A stretch of DNA of 64,000 bases from an uncultured Flavobacteriales bacterium (GTDB lineage: Bacteria; Bacteroidota; Bacteroidia; Flavobacteriales_D; Parvicellaceae), in the NCBI GenBank assembly GCA_963926405.1, contig CAWUXI010000019.1, positions 3,316 through 67,315 of the forward strand, read 5' to 3'. The notes under the pieces were generated by a model, which was not told the DNA's origin, did not search any database, and saw nothing but the letters and a program-made list of their open reading frames with translations. The position numbers and the translations under genes were made by a program. This document shows positions 9,026 to 17,921 of this stretch, piece after piece (within the stretch, counting starts at the first letter, position 1; the number at the start of each line of letters is the position of its first letter).

Positions 9026-11572
9026 ATGCGTTTAATTATTATCGGCGCATTGTTAACAATCAATTCCACTGATTCCTTTGCCCAGAATCAAAACGATTCT
9101 ACTCTGCAAATTAATAGCGAACTTGAATCTCCGCTATCTTATAACTCAAAGGATTCTATCGTAATGGACATGCCTAATCAAAAAGCACGCCTTTATAATC
9201 ATGCACATATTGATTACGATGAAATAATACTCGATGCATGTTACATTGAATTCGATTTTGAAACAAAAGAAGTATTCGCTAGATTGTGTATCGACTCCAT
9301 AGGAAATAAAGTTGGGATACCCGAACTAACAGACGGAGACACCAAAACCGAAGCAGATAGTCTACGATTTAATTTCGAATCAAAAAGAGGCATCACCTAC
9401 CAAGTAAAGCTGCAAGAAGGTGAAAGTTATATACATGGCATTAAAGTCAAAAGACAAGGAAATGGCAACATTCATGTTGACACTGCTCTTTATACAACAT
9501 GTGACTTAGACCATCCTCATTATTATTTTAAAATGAGAAAAGCCATAATAAAACCTAACGATAAAATTATATCAGGCCCAGTAAATCTTTTTATTGCCGG
9601 TGTGCCAACTCCGCTAGGTCTACCTTTTGGATATTTCCCTAATAAAACGAAGGGTGCAAATGGAATTGTAATACCTACATACGGAGAGTCGACATTGGGA
9701 ATCTACTTACTTGGCGGAGGGTATTACCACAAGTTTAAAAATGACAAAGTAGCGACTGAAATACTTGGAGATATATATTCTAAAGGAAGTTGGGGACTAA
9801 AGAATAACACCACTTATAAAAACAAATACAAATACAATGGAAACTTCAACCTAAATTTTAGGGAAATTAGACAAGGAGACTCTGAATTTATTGACTTTTC
9901 AAAAACTACCGAATTTTTTATACGCTGGACGCATAATCAAGATGCAAAATCAAAGCCTGGAAAAACATTTAGCGCCTCAATTAATGCTGGCACATCCACG
10001 AATTTTCAGAATGACTTTAATAACGTTAGTGCAAATGATTACTTATCTAATAATTTCAATTCAAATATTTCATGGGGAAGTAAAGTAAACTTATTTAAAG
10101 GAAAAGTTCCATCCAATATCTCAATTAACGCAAGGCACAATCAAAATAATAGTACGCACAACATTACTTTCACACTGCCCGAAGTAACTTACAATATAAA
10201 TCGGTTTTATCCTTTTAAATTTATTAACTCAAAAAATGCAATTGAAAGTGGTTTAAAAAAAGAATTAAATAAAATAGGACTAAGCTACAATACAACATTA
10301 AAAAACGAGCTTTCTATGAAAGATACAGATGTAAGCCTAAATAATTTTAGCACGATTCCTGACAGCATGCGAAACGGAATGCGACATAATGTTAATGCTT
10401 CAACATCTTTCAAGTTCCTGAACAAAACGATTACATTTAACCCCTCATACCAATTGACATCATTATTTTATATGGACCAAATTCAGAAAAGCTGGAACCC
10501 ACTCTTGACTGAAGAGATAACCGATACAATTGAAAGATTTTCAGCTCCATATTGGCATAGCTTCAATGCTAGCTTAACCACAAAAGTTTATGCCTTTTAC
10601 CGTTTCGCAAATTTCTTAACTGGTGTAAAAGAAACTAAATTCAGACACACCATAACTCCAAATTTCAATTATTCTTATCGCCCAGATATTAACTACATCA
10701 ACAATTACCAGATAGACACGATTTCTCCGGTAAAAGAAATAGAATACTCTCCTTTTCAAAATGGTATTTTCGGAAGACCTTCTACAGGATCATCTAATCG
10801 AATTGGCTTTAATTTAATTAACGCCATTGAAATGAAGCAAAAAAACTTGAATGATACAACGGCTGAAAACCCATTCAATAGATATAAAATATTAGAAAAT
10901 ATTACATTCAACTCATCTTATGATTTCAACAAAGATTCACTAAAACTTGACAATATTCGAATGTCTGGAAGAACCACTCTATACAAAAATTTAAGTTTAC
11001 GTTTTGGAGGAAACATTGACCCTTACAACTATAAAAATGGAGTCAAACATGATGCATTTCAATACAATATAAATGGGAAATTGGGGACAATCAAAAATGT
11101 CAACTTAGCTTTGAACCTAAGGTTTAAAAGTAAAAAAGGACATAAAGGGTCTTATACAAGTAGTAAGGGAACAGAAACTGATTTAGATATGGTTAACATA
11201 AATCCAGATGCATATTTAGATTTTAGCGTTCCTTGGTCAATTGCTTTTAATTATAAAATTGATAGAAACAGATTGATTTCTGAAGGCACAGACACTATAA
11301 ACCTTACGCAAACCATAAGTATAAATGGTGATTTAAGCCTTTCTGAGAATTGGAAAATCGAATTTGGGACTAATTATGATTTTACAAGAAAACAATTTAG
11401 TTACTCTTCTATTAATATCACCAGAAACTTACACTGTTGGGAAGCTAGTTTTAATTGGATTCCATTTGGATTCATGAAAAGTTATAACATTCAAATAAAT
11501 GTAAAATCAGCACTTCTCCAAGACTTAAAACTTCAAAGAAGAAGGACTTGGTATGATAGTGGTGTTAGATAA
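9026..11572 (+). CDS. LptD/OstA-like outer-membrane protein
   Basis: 848 aa from ATG 9026. The signal peptide ends ...DSFAQ. The sequence is very long, Asn/Tyr/Phe-rich and of beta-barrel type. It is divergent from the amidase gene, as in other Bacteroidota. Confidence 0.65.
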   Translation: MRLIIIGALLTINSTDSFAQNQNDSTLQINSELESPLSYNSKDSIVMDMPNQKARLYNHAHIDYDEIILDACYIEFDFETKEVFARLCIDSIGNKVGIPELTDGDTKTEADSLRFNFESKRGITYQVKLQEGESYIHGIKVKRQGNGNIHVDTALYTTCDLDHPHYYFKMRKAIIKPNDKIISGPVNLFIAGVPTPLGLPFGYFPNKTKGANGIVIPTYGESTLGIYLLGGGYYHKFKNDKVATEILGDIYSKGSWGLKNNTTYKNKYKYNGNFNLNFREIRQGDSEFIDFSKTTEFFIRWTHNQDAKSKPGKTFSASINAGTSTNFQNDFNNVSANDYLSNNFNSNISWGSKVNLFKGKVPSNISINARHNQNNSTHNITFTLPEVTYNINRFYPFKFINSKNAIESGLKKELNKIGLSYNTTLKNELSMKDTDVSLNNFSTIPDSMRNGMRHNVNASTSFKFLNKTITFNPSYQLTSLFYMDQIQKSWNPLLTEEITDTIERFSAPYWHSFNASLTTKVYAFYRFANFLTGVKETKFRHTITPNFNYSYRPDINYINNYQIDTISPVKEIEYSPFQNGIFGRPSTGSSNRIGFNLINAIEMKQKNLNDTTAENPFNRYKILENITFNSSYDFNKDSLKLDNIRMSGRTTLYKNLSLRFGGNIDPYNYKNGVKHDAFQYNINGKLGTIKNVNLALNLRFKSKKGHKGSYTSSKGTETDLDMVNINPDAYLDFSVPWSIAFNYKIDRNRLISEGTDTINLTQTISINGDLSLSENWKIEFGTNYDFTRKQFSYSSINITRNLHCWEASFNWIPFGFMKSYNIQINVKSALLQDLKLQRRRTWYDSGVR

Positions 11573-11584
11573 ATTAAAAATAGT

Positions 11585-11962
11585 ATGAAAAAAATTATTA
11601 ATTCTAAAAACGCTCCCGCTCCAATCGGACCTTACAGCCAGGCCGTTTTAGCAGGAAATACGCTGTTTGCAAGCGGTCAAATTGCAATCAATCCTTCTTC
11701 TGGAGAACTCGTACTCTCATCGATCGAAGAAGAAACCGAGCAAGTAATGCAAAACATTAAAGCAGTTCTAAATGAAGCTCAAATGACTTTCGAAAACATT
11801 GTGAAATGTTCGATTTTCTTAAGTAGCATGGATAGTTTTTCAAAAGTTAATGAGGTTTACGGGAAATATTTCCACTCTAACCCTCCAGCCAGAGAAACTG
11901 TAGAGGTTTCCTGCCTGCCTAAAAATGTGAATGTTGAAATTAGTTTTATTGCTGTTAAATAA
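11585..11962 (+). CDS. ridA: RidA family reactive-intermediate deaminase (YjgF/UK114)
   Basis: 125 aa. Family pattern APAPIGPYSQAV...GQI...PARETVEV. Confidence 0.9.
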   Translation: MKKIINSKNAPAPIGPYSQAVLAGNTLFASGQIAINPSSGELVLSSIEEETEQVMQNIKAVLNEAQMTFENIVKCSIFLSSMDSFSKVNEVYGKYFHSNPPARETVEVSCLPKNVNVEISFIAVK

Positions 11963-11969
11963 GAAAAAA

Positions 11970-12221
11970 ATGAAAGGGCTACTAAGCTTATTTACACTAT
12001 TATTTATTCTGAACTTAAGTTCTTGCACCAAGGATTGTGGATCACCCAAGCCATCTGGATGTGATGATGAATTGCCAACAGGATCCACGTGCATGGCCTA
12101 TTGGGAAAGTTGGTTATACAACGACAACACTAACTCATGCGAGTTTACTGGTTATAGTGGCTGTAATGAAATTGGTTTTCAAACCAAACAAGAATGCCAA
12201 GAATGTCAGTGCAATAACTAA
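11970..12221 (+). CDS. small lipoprotein with Kunitz/BPTI-like cysteine framework
   Basis: 83 aa from ATG 11970 with a lipobox LSSC. The framework is C-x9-C-x15-C-x7-C-x10-C-x2-C, with WLYN...C and YSGC landmarks matching BPTI YFYN...C and YGGC. Confidence 0.6.
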   Translation: MKGLLSLFTLLFILNLSSCTKDCGSPKPSGCDDELPTGSTCMAYWESWLYNDNTNSCEFTGYSGCNEIGFQTKQECQECQCNN

Positions 12222-12226
12222 AGAGC

Positions 12227-13969
12227 TTATTTCCTCTTATAAAAAGCGAAACCCCCTTTTTGATATAGAAACTCACATTTAGGACTATTATCCATTTGAT
12301 ATTTTTGATTCACACGAATAACAAAATAAGTTGGTTTGTCAACGTCACCGTCCATTAACCAATGTATTACCTGAGAATTAAAAATCGTTTTATCCTGTTG
12401 AGTTAAATCATTAAAAGACCCTGCCTGATACTGTTCTAACAAATGTTTCTTATATTTTATTAAAGCATCATTCTCTTTCAATGGTTGTACTTCTGCATAA
12501 AAATATTGCGCATAGCTCTTCATGTTTACTGGAGTAACATATACATCTTGCCCTTTTAAATTTTCATAAAAACTAATCATTGGACCTTGAGAAAAACTTT
12601 CTATTTTAGGGACCATAACCCTTGTAAACACAAGCAAACAAAAAGCAGTACTAATGGAAAATACTAATACAGATTTTACTACTTGTAATTTGGATAAAAA
12701 ATAAATTCCAAAAACAATGGAAATAAAATAGAATACTCCAATTAAAAATTCCCATCCATCTATTGGAATATCAACAGATAATTGAGCTGCGGCAAAAGGA
12801 TCTTTTAAATTAGGAATTAGCCATTCATCTTTTCTATCAAGAACAATTGGCAATAAAGTTAAAAGGGAAGAAAAAATGAATCCAAAAAAAACAATTGTAA
12901 GCAACATCCATTTTTTTACGACCAACTTTCCTTCATAAATTTTAAATAAATAGGTTGCAGCCAAATAGCTAAGTGGCAAGTATGCCATCGAAGAATAGTG
13001 CACAATCTTTGTTGTTGAAATGCTAAATAAAATCATTACAACCCAAAACAGAATTTTCATCCACTTCTCAAATTCGATAGCCATCGGATCAAAAGCATCC
13101 TCCTCCTTTTTGCTGAAAAACCTAGGAATTGCTATGATTGAAAGTGGAAAACAACCGATTAACACAACAACAAAATGGTAATAAAATGGCTGAGAATGAC
13201 CGGCTACGGGAGTAGTAAATAAATCCAATTGGTACTTTACAAACTCGACAATAAACCAAGGACCATTTTGAACTAACTCATACCCGAACCACAGGAACGA
13301 AACAGTAAATATTGTAACAATAAAAATTAAGACACTCTTAACGGAAGCCACTCTTTTAAATCTATTGAATATCCAATACACACCAAACGCTAACATCAAC
13401 AATAATAGACCTACAGGGCCTTTTGTGATAATCGCTAAACCAACAAACAAACCGGATAATGCGGCAAACTTATTTTGTTCAATCCCTTTATCGCTATTAA
13501 TAAGCCTAATTAAATAATAAATAGAAGTAAAAATAAAATAGTTAAAAACCGGATCGATAATCCCCGATTTATAATACAAGTTAGGAAGGAACGAACCAAA
13601 ATATATTAATGCCCAGATAAAACCGAAATTATCAGAACGCAACGTCCTTCCAATTTTAAAGAGTGTGAGCATCGTTAACACCCCAAAAACAGCATTGGGA
13701 AATCTTGCTGCAAACTCTGTTATTCCAAAAACACTCATTGATATTGACTGCAACCAGAAAAACAACGGAGGCTTTTCCATAAAAGGTTCATAGTTAATTT
13801 GAACCTGGAAAAAGTTTTTCGAAGCTAACATTTCACGTGAAGATTCCGCAAAATTTATTTCATCCCAATCGAACAGATGTACACTCCCCAAAAAAGGAAG
13901 AAAAAACACCAAACCTAAAATGGTTAAGAGTATTTGATAACCATATGGCTTTTCTAAAAATATTCTCAT
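12227..13969 (-). CDS. GT-C family glycosyltransferase, ArnT/PMT_2-like (GT39/GT83)
   Basis: 580 aa with many TM helices. The first loop carries the acidic motif HLFDWDEINF typical of lipid-linked-sugar transferases. Confidence 0.8.
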   Translation of the reverse strand: MRIFLEKPYGYQILLTILGLVFFLPFLGSVHLFDWDEINFAESSREMLASKNFFQVQINYEPFMEKPPLFFWLQSISMSVFGITEFAARFPNAVFGVLTMLTLFKIGRTLRSDNFGFIWALIYFGSFLPNLYYKSGIIDPVFNYFIFTSIYYLIRLINSDKGIEQNKFAALSGLFVGLAIITKGPVGLLLLMLAFGVYWIFNRFKRVASVKSVLIFIVTIFTVSFLWFGYELVQNGPWFIVEFVKYQLDLFTTPVAGHSQPFYYHFVVVLIGCFPLSIIAIPRFFSKKEEDAFDPMAIEFEKWMKILFWVVMILFSISTTKIVHYSSMAYLPLSYLAATYLFKIYEGKLVVKKWMLLTIVFFGFIFSSLLTLLPIVLDRKDEWLIPNLKDPFAAAQLSVDIPIDGWEFLIGVFYFISIVFGIYFLSKLQVVKSVLVFSISTAFCLLVFTRVMVPKIESFSQGPMISFYENLKGQDVYVTPVNMKSYAQYFYAEVQPLKENDALIKYKKHLLEQYQAGSFNDLTQQDKTIFNSQVIHWLMDGDVDKPTYFVIRVNQKYQMDNSPKCEFLYQKGGFAFYKRK

Positions 13970-14631
13970 TTTAATTTTAGCAATGACTTTTCACCCCAAT
14001 TACCAAATGTCTTATTCTCAAAAAATGAGTAAATCAATAATGAGCCAACAGCACCTATTAAAGCTCCGACAAAAACATCTTCGAAAAAATGCTGACATAA
14101 ATACACTCTTGAATAACCAATTAAAATTGAAAATACTATACAACCAAAACCTACCCATTTATTTGAACTTAATAATGCTAATAAACAAAAAATACTAAAT
14201 GCTGAAGTTGTGTGTCCGCTTGGAAATGAATTCCCTATCAGTTGCTCAACGCCATCCACTAAATGCAAAGTCCCATCCTTCATTTCTGTCCACATTTCTA
14301 TTAAAGGCCTTTTTACATCATTGTAGATTATTTTTTTTAAAAATTGCGCTGTTAAGGCAGTTGCAACAAAACTTAAAATTGCAATAACTGCATATTTAAA
14401 TTTCCAGAACAACAGAGTCAAAACAATTATTGCAGCCATCCAAAAATCGCCCAAATAAGTCATGTATTTATATAATACATCTTGAAAAGGTGACCAATAC
14501 TGATTGGCCCATAACGTTGCATCAGTTTTGGAAAACTTAAAAAGAATAAATATGGAAAATGACAAAAAAGCGAAATAGAGTAAAAAGAAATAGGGCTGCT
14601 TTTTTGTGTTTTTTAGTACGGAATCAATCAC
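13966..14631 (-). CDS. PAP2-family lipid phosphatase
   Basis: All three PAP2 motifs are present: KKIIYNDVKRP (KxxxxxxRP), FPSGHT (PSGH) and SRVYLCQHFFED (SRxxxxxHxxxD). The protein is polytopic. Confidence 0.85.
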   Translation of the reverse strand: MIDSVLKNTKKQPYFFLLYFAFLSFSIFILFKFSKTDATLWANQYWSPFQDVLYKYMTYLGDFWMAAIIVLTLLFWKFKYAVIAILSFVATALTAQFLKKIIYNDVKRPLIEMWTEMKDGTLHLVDGVEQLIGNSFPSGHTTSAFSIFCLLALLSSNKWVGFGCIVFSILIGYSRVYLCQHFFEDVFVGALIGAVGSLLIYSFFENKTFGNWGEKSLLKLK

Positions 14632-14634
14632 AAT

Positions 14635-15381
14635 TTATTTTTTGATTAGCAATTTCCATTTGTAAACGCCAATTCTTGTAAAAAAGTGTTTAAAAGATGT
14701 TTTCAATACACCTAGTCCATAAGTTACACTTCGACTAAAGTTAATTGAAGATGCCTCTTCGAAGTATTTTGTAGGACAAGTAATTTCAGCAATTTCATAA
14801 TCATTGTATATAATCTGAGAAAGCATTTGATTGTCAAAAACAAAGTCATCTGAATTTTCATTATACCGAATCGTTTCTAGGACCTCCTTTGAAAATGCTC
14901 TAAACCCAGTATGGTATTCGGACAGTTTTTGACCAACCAATATATTTTGAGAAAATGTCAAAATTCTGTTTGCTACATATTTATAATAAGGCATTCCTCC
15001 TTTCAAAGCTCCCTTCCCTAGTATTCGAGAACCAAGAACGACAGGGTAAACTTCATTTGCAATCAAATAACACATACTATGAATAAGTTGTGGCGTATAT
15101 TGATAATCAGGATGCAGCATCACCACAATATCAGCTCCAATTTCCAAAGCCTTATTATAACAAGTCTTTTGGTTTCCTCCATATCCTTTATTTACATCAT
15201 GTCTGATAACATGATTAATACCAAGTTCAAGAGCTAACTCGGAGGTATTATCGGTACCATGATCATCAACTAAAATGACTTCGTCAACTATTTCAAAAGG
15301 AATTTCCTTATATGTTTTCTCTAATGTATCTGCTGCATTATATGCAGGCATAACAACTACTATTTTCTTTCCTCTTATCAT
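14635..15381 (-). CDS. GT2 glycosyltransferase, polyprenyl-phosphate sugar synthase-like (ArnC/DPM1/GtrB type)
   Basis: 248 aa from ATG 15381. GT-A pattern VVMPAYNAADTLEKT...VDDHGTDNT. Confidence 0.8.
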   Translation of the reverse strand: MIRGKKIVVVMPAYNAADTLEKTYKEIPFEIVDEVILVDDHGTDNTSELALELGINHVIRHDVNKGYGGNQKTCYNKALEIGADIVVMLHPDYQYTPQLIHSMCYLIANEVYPVVLGSRILGKGALKGGMPYYKYVANRILTFSQNILVGQKLSEYHTGFRAFSKEVLETIRYNENSDDFVFDNQMLSQIIYNDYEIAEITCPTKYFEEASSINFSRSVTYGLGVLKTSFKHFFTRIGVYKWKLLIKK

Positions 15382-15495
15382 GAAATGGGTTAAGTTTACG
15401 AAAATAGTACTTATCACCTAAACAGATGCTTTTCTTCTCTACAATTCACCAACAAACCAATAGAACTATTAACAATAAACATATCCTTTGAAACA

Positions 15496-15533
15496 TTTGT
15501 GGCATTATACTACCCAAGAATATTTTACTTTTG
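15496..15533 (+). promoter_or_regulatory. promoter of the TlpA-like gene (leaderless type)
   Basis: TTTG (15496-15499), then N21, then TATTTTAC (15521-15528). This overlaps a perfect TACTTTTG (15526-15533). ATG 15538 is 4 nt downstream. Confidence 0.45.
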
Positions 15534-15537
15534 AAGC

Positions 15538-16113
15538 ATGGCGTTAACAAGAAAGAACAAATCTGATTTAATATTTTGGGCAGGTTTTGGATTAATAGTA
15601 GCATTCTTATACCTAACACCCTTGGGAAGTTCCACACGAGCATGGATGGGAGGACTATTTCTTTCTTCTCCAAATACGGAAAAACATGAAGCCAATAAAG
15701 ACAATTTCCTTTACTCTGATTGGAAGCTTCAAAATATAAACGAAAATAAAATCTTGATATCCGAGATCAACAAACCAATATTCATTAACATTTGGGCAAC
15801 ATGGTGCGGGCCTTGCAGAACTGAAATGCCATCTATTAATAACCTATACAATAAATACAAAAAAGACATTGAGTTTATACTCGTTAGCCCGCATGAAACA
15901 ATTGAAGTCCTAAAAGAATTTGCTCAAAACAATGCTTATAATTTACCGATATACACTTGCATAAGTCAAACCCCTATTCAGCTTCAAACGAATAGCTACC
16001 CAACGACTATTATCATTGACAAAAACAAAAACATAACTTACAAAATTACAGGCGCTCATGACTGGAACACAGAAGAAGTCTACTCAATTTTGGATGAGTT
16101 AATTAATAAGTAG
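15538..16113 (+). CDS. TlpA/ResA-like thiol:disulfide oxidoreductase
   Basis: 191 aa with an N-terminal TM anchor and thioredoxin-fold active site WATWCGPC. Confidence 0.85.
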   Translation: MALTRKNKSDLIFWAGFGLIVAFLYLTPLGSSTRAWMGGLFLSSPNTEKHEANKDNFLYSDWKLQNINENKILISEINKPIFINIWATWCGPCRTEMPSINNLYNKYKKDIEFILVSPHETIEVLKEFAQNNAYNLPIYTCISQTPIQLQTNSYPTTIIIDKNKNITYKITGAHDWNTEEVYSILDELINK

Positions 16114-16121
16114 TATTTTTG
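16114..16121 (+). promoter_or_regulatory. -7 promoter box TATTTTTG for pyrD
   Basis: Perfect TAnnTTTG directly after the TlpA stop and 21 nt before ATG 16143. It overlaps the TTG that the ORF track used as the start. Confidence 0.45.
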
Positions 16122-16142
16122 TTCCAAATTCAGACTTACAGC

Positions 16143-17177
16143 ATGTATAAAGCGATATTAAGACCTTTTTTCTTTTTATTTGATCCAGAAAAAATTCATC
16201 ACTTTGTCTTTAAATTAATTCGATTTTCTAATGCAATTCCAGGCGTTGCAGCTATCAATAAAATGATCTTCGGTATTGAAGACAAAAAGTTAGAAAGAGA
16301 ACTATTTGGCCTAAAATTTAAAAACCCCGTTGGAATTGCCGCCGGATTTGATAAAAATGCTGTGCTAATTAATCAATTGGAAAATTACGGTTTCGGATTT
16401 ATTGAGATAGGCACTGCTACTCCAAAACCACAAGAGGGAAACCCAAAACCAAGAATGTTTCGCTTAAAAGAAGATGAAGCGCTAATCAATAGAATGGGGT
16501 TTAACAACCTAGGAGTTGATGCAATTGTAGAGAATCTTAAAAAGAAAAGAACCAATTTGATTATTGGAGGAAACATCGGTAAAAACACCGCAACCTCAAA
16601 TGATGATGCAATTGCTGATTACGTCTATAATTTTAAAGCCTTGCACGATGTCGTTGATTACTTTGTAGTGAATGTAAGCTGCCCTAACGTTAAGAACCTA
16701 ACCAAACTTCAAGACACTGATTTTTTAACGGAGCTTTTGGGTGAATTAAAAATAATTAACGCTACCAAAAAAATTCAACGTCCAATACTTTTGAAAATAG
16801 CTCCGAATTTAGACCATAACGCTTTGGATGAAATTATTGAATTAATTTCAAACACAGGAATTGATGGTGTGGTTGCCACCAATACGGAAACAAGCAGAGA
16901 TGGGCTAAAAACGCCAAAGGAAGATGTTGAAAAAATGGGAAATGGCGGACTAAGTGGGAAACCTGTTAGGGAAAGGTCAACTGAAATAATCAGATATCTT
17001 TCCACAAAATCAAACAAAGCATTTCCAATTATCGGTGTAGGAGGTATTCACTCTGAAGAAGATGCTCTTGAAAAACTAGAAGCTGGAGCAGATTTGGTTC
17101 AGATATATACTGGATTTATTTACGAAGGCCCTAAGCTTGTCAAGAGAATTAACAAGGCCATTTTGAATAAGAAATAA
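16143..17177 (+). CDS. pyrD: dihydroorotate dehydrogenase (quinone), class 2
   Basis: 344 aa from ATG 16143. Motifs GFIEIGT, NVSCPN and GVGGI are present, plus an N-terminal membrane-association segment. Confidence 0.93.
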   Translation: MYKAILRPFFFLFDPEKIHHFVFKLIRFSNAIPGVAAINKMIFGIEDKKLERELFGLKFKNPVGIAAGFDKNAVLINQLENYGFGFIEIGTATPKPQEGNPKPRMFRLKEDEALINRMGFNNLGVDAIVENLKKKRTNLIIGGNIGKNTATSNDDAIADYVYNFKALHDVVDYFVVNVSCPNVKNLTKLQDTDFLTELLGELKIINATKKIQRPILLKIAPNLDHNALDEIIELISNTGIDGVVATNTETSRDGLKTPKEDVEKMGNGGLSGKPVRERSTEIIRYLSTKSNKAFPIIGVGGIHSEEDALEKLEAGADLVQIYTGFIYEGPKLVKRINKAILNKK

Positions 17178-17193
17178 GTTTTTTCCATTCATT

Positions 17194-17877
17194 TTAGTAC
17201 ACCCACTGTAATTTTAAAATTAGGGTACAATCTCCATCAATAATTGTAACACTTGATGCTGCATCTAGTGAATATGATGTAGGATTAAAATACATTACCG
17301 ACATTAACTCATTTGAGCCAACATCAACATCAATAATATTTATTAAATAACTTGAAGAGTATGGCAGCGTAACAGGGAAGTCATTGTAGTACACATACGA
17401 CTGACTAAAAATTTGATTCTGACCAACTTCTAACCCCTCCATATATGTAGTTGTTTCATCTACTATTTGAAATCGAACATCAGGTAATCCCTGAGTATCC
17501 CAGTAATCTCCTAACCAATTAAATTCAGGAAAAGAAGACAAAACAATTGCCGTTATTACAACTGATACAGGTCGGTCATTAATAGTTATAGTTCTAAAAT
17601 CGGATTTAAAAGATTTACTCTTCTTGGAAAACACCTTTAATTCTACATCAAAAGTTCCAGGTGATGTAAATATATGCTTTGGGGTTTTTTCTTCCGAATT
17701 ACCCCCATCACCAAAATCCCAATAATACCTATATCCATTCTCAGAACAATTCGCTAAAAAAGTAACTGTATCATCTACCTCGTATTTCTCAACCATGGGA
17801 ATAATACAAGCAAAAGGAGCATTCTTTTTACAAGAATAAAATAAAAGAATTACGAGGAATAAGACGAAGTATTTCAT
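17194..17877 (-). CDS. PKD-domain lipoprotein
   Basis: 227 aa with a lipobox (FYSCKK). PKD signature YYWDFGDGGNSEEKTPKHIFTSPGTFDVELKV. Confidence 0.7.
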   Translation of the reverse strand: MKYFVLFLVILLFYSCKKNAPFACIIPMVEKYEVDDTVTFLANCSENGYRYYWDFGDGGNSEEKTPKHIFTSPGTFDVELKVFSKKSKSFKSDFRTITINDRPVSVVITAIVLSSFPEFNWLGDYWDTQGLPDVRFQIVDETTTYMEGLEVGQNQIFSQSYVYYNDFPVTLPYSSSYLINIIDVDVGSNELMSVMYFNPTSYSLDAASSVTIIDGDCTLILKLQWVY

Positions 17878-17921
17878 GAAAATAGGTTAGGATAATCTAT
17901 AAGCAGCATCAAATATACCTA

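Noticed and set aside
8944-9069. N-terminal extensions of both the amidase gene (track ORF to 9069) and the LptD-like gene (track ORF from 8954), which would overlap each other.
   Set aside because: The signal peptides begin at the internal ATGs (8943 and 9026). The extensions would run through the divergent promoter, which has a -7 box at 8989-8996. Mutually overlapping divergent 5' ends are implausible.
11840-12282. Overlapping ORFs 11840-12094 (minus strand), 12037-12282 (plus strand) and the long form 11931-12221 of the Kunitz-like gene.
   Set aside because: The first two overlap ridA and the Kunitz-like gene or the ArnT-like gene in other frames and have no motifs. The long form adds a Leu/Lys-rich extension that overlaps the end of ridA. 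ATG 11970 gives a canonical lipoprotein signal peptide.
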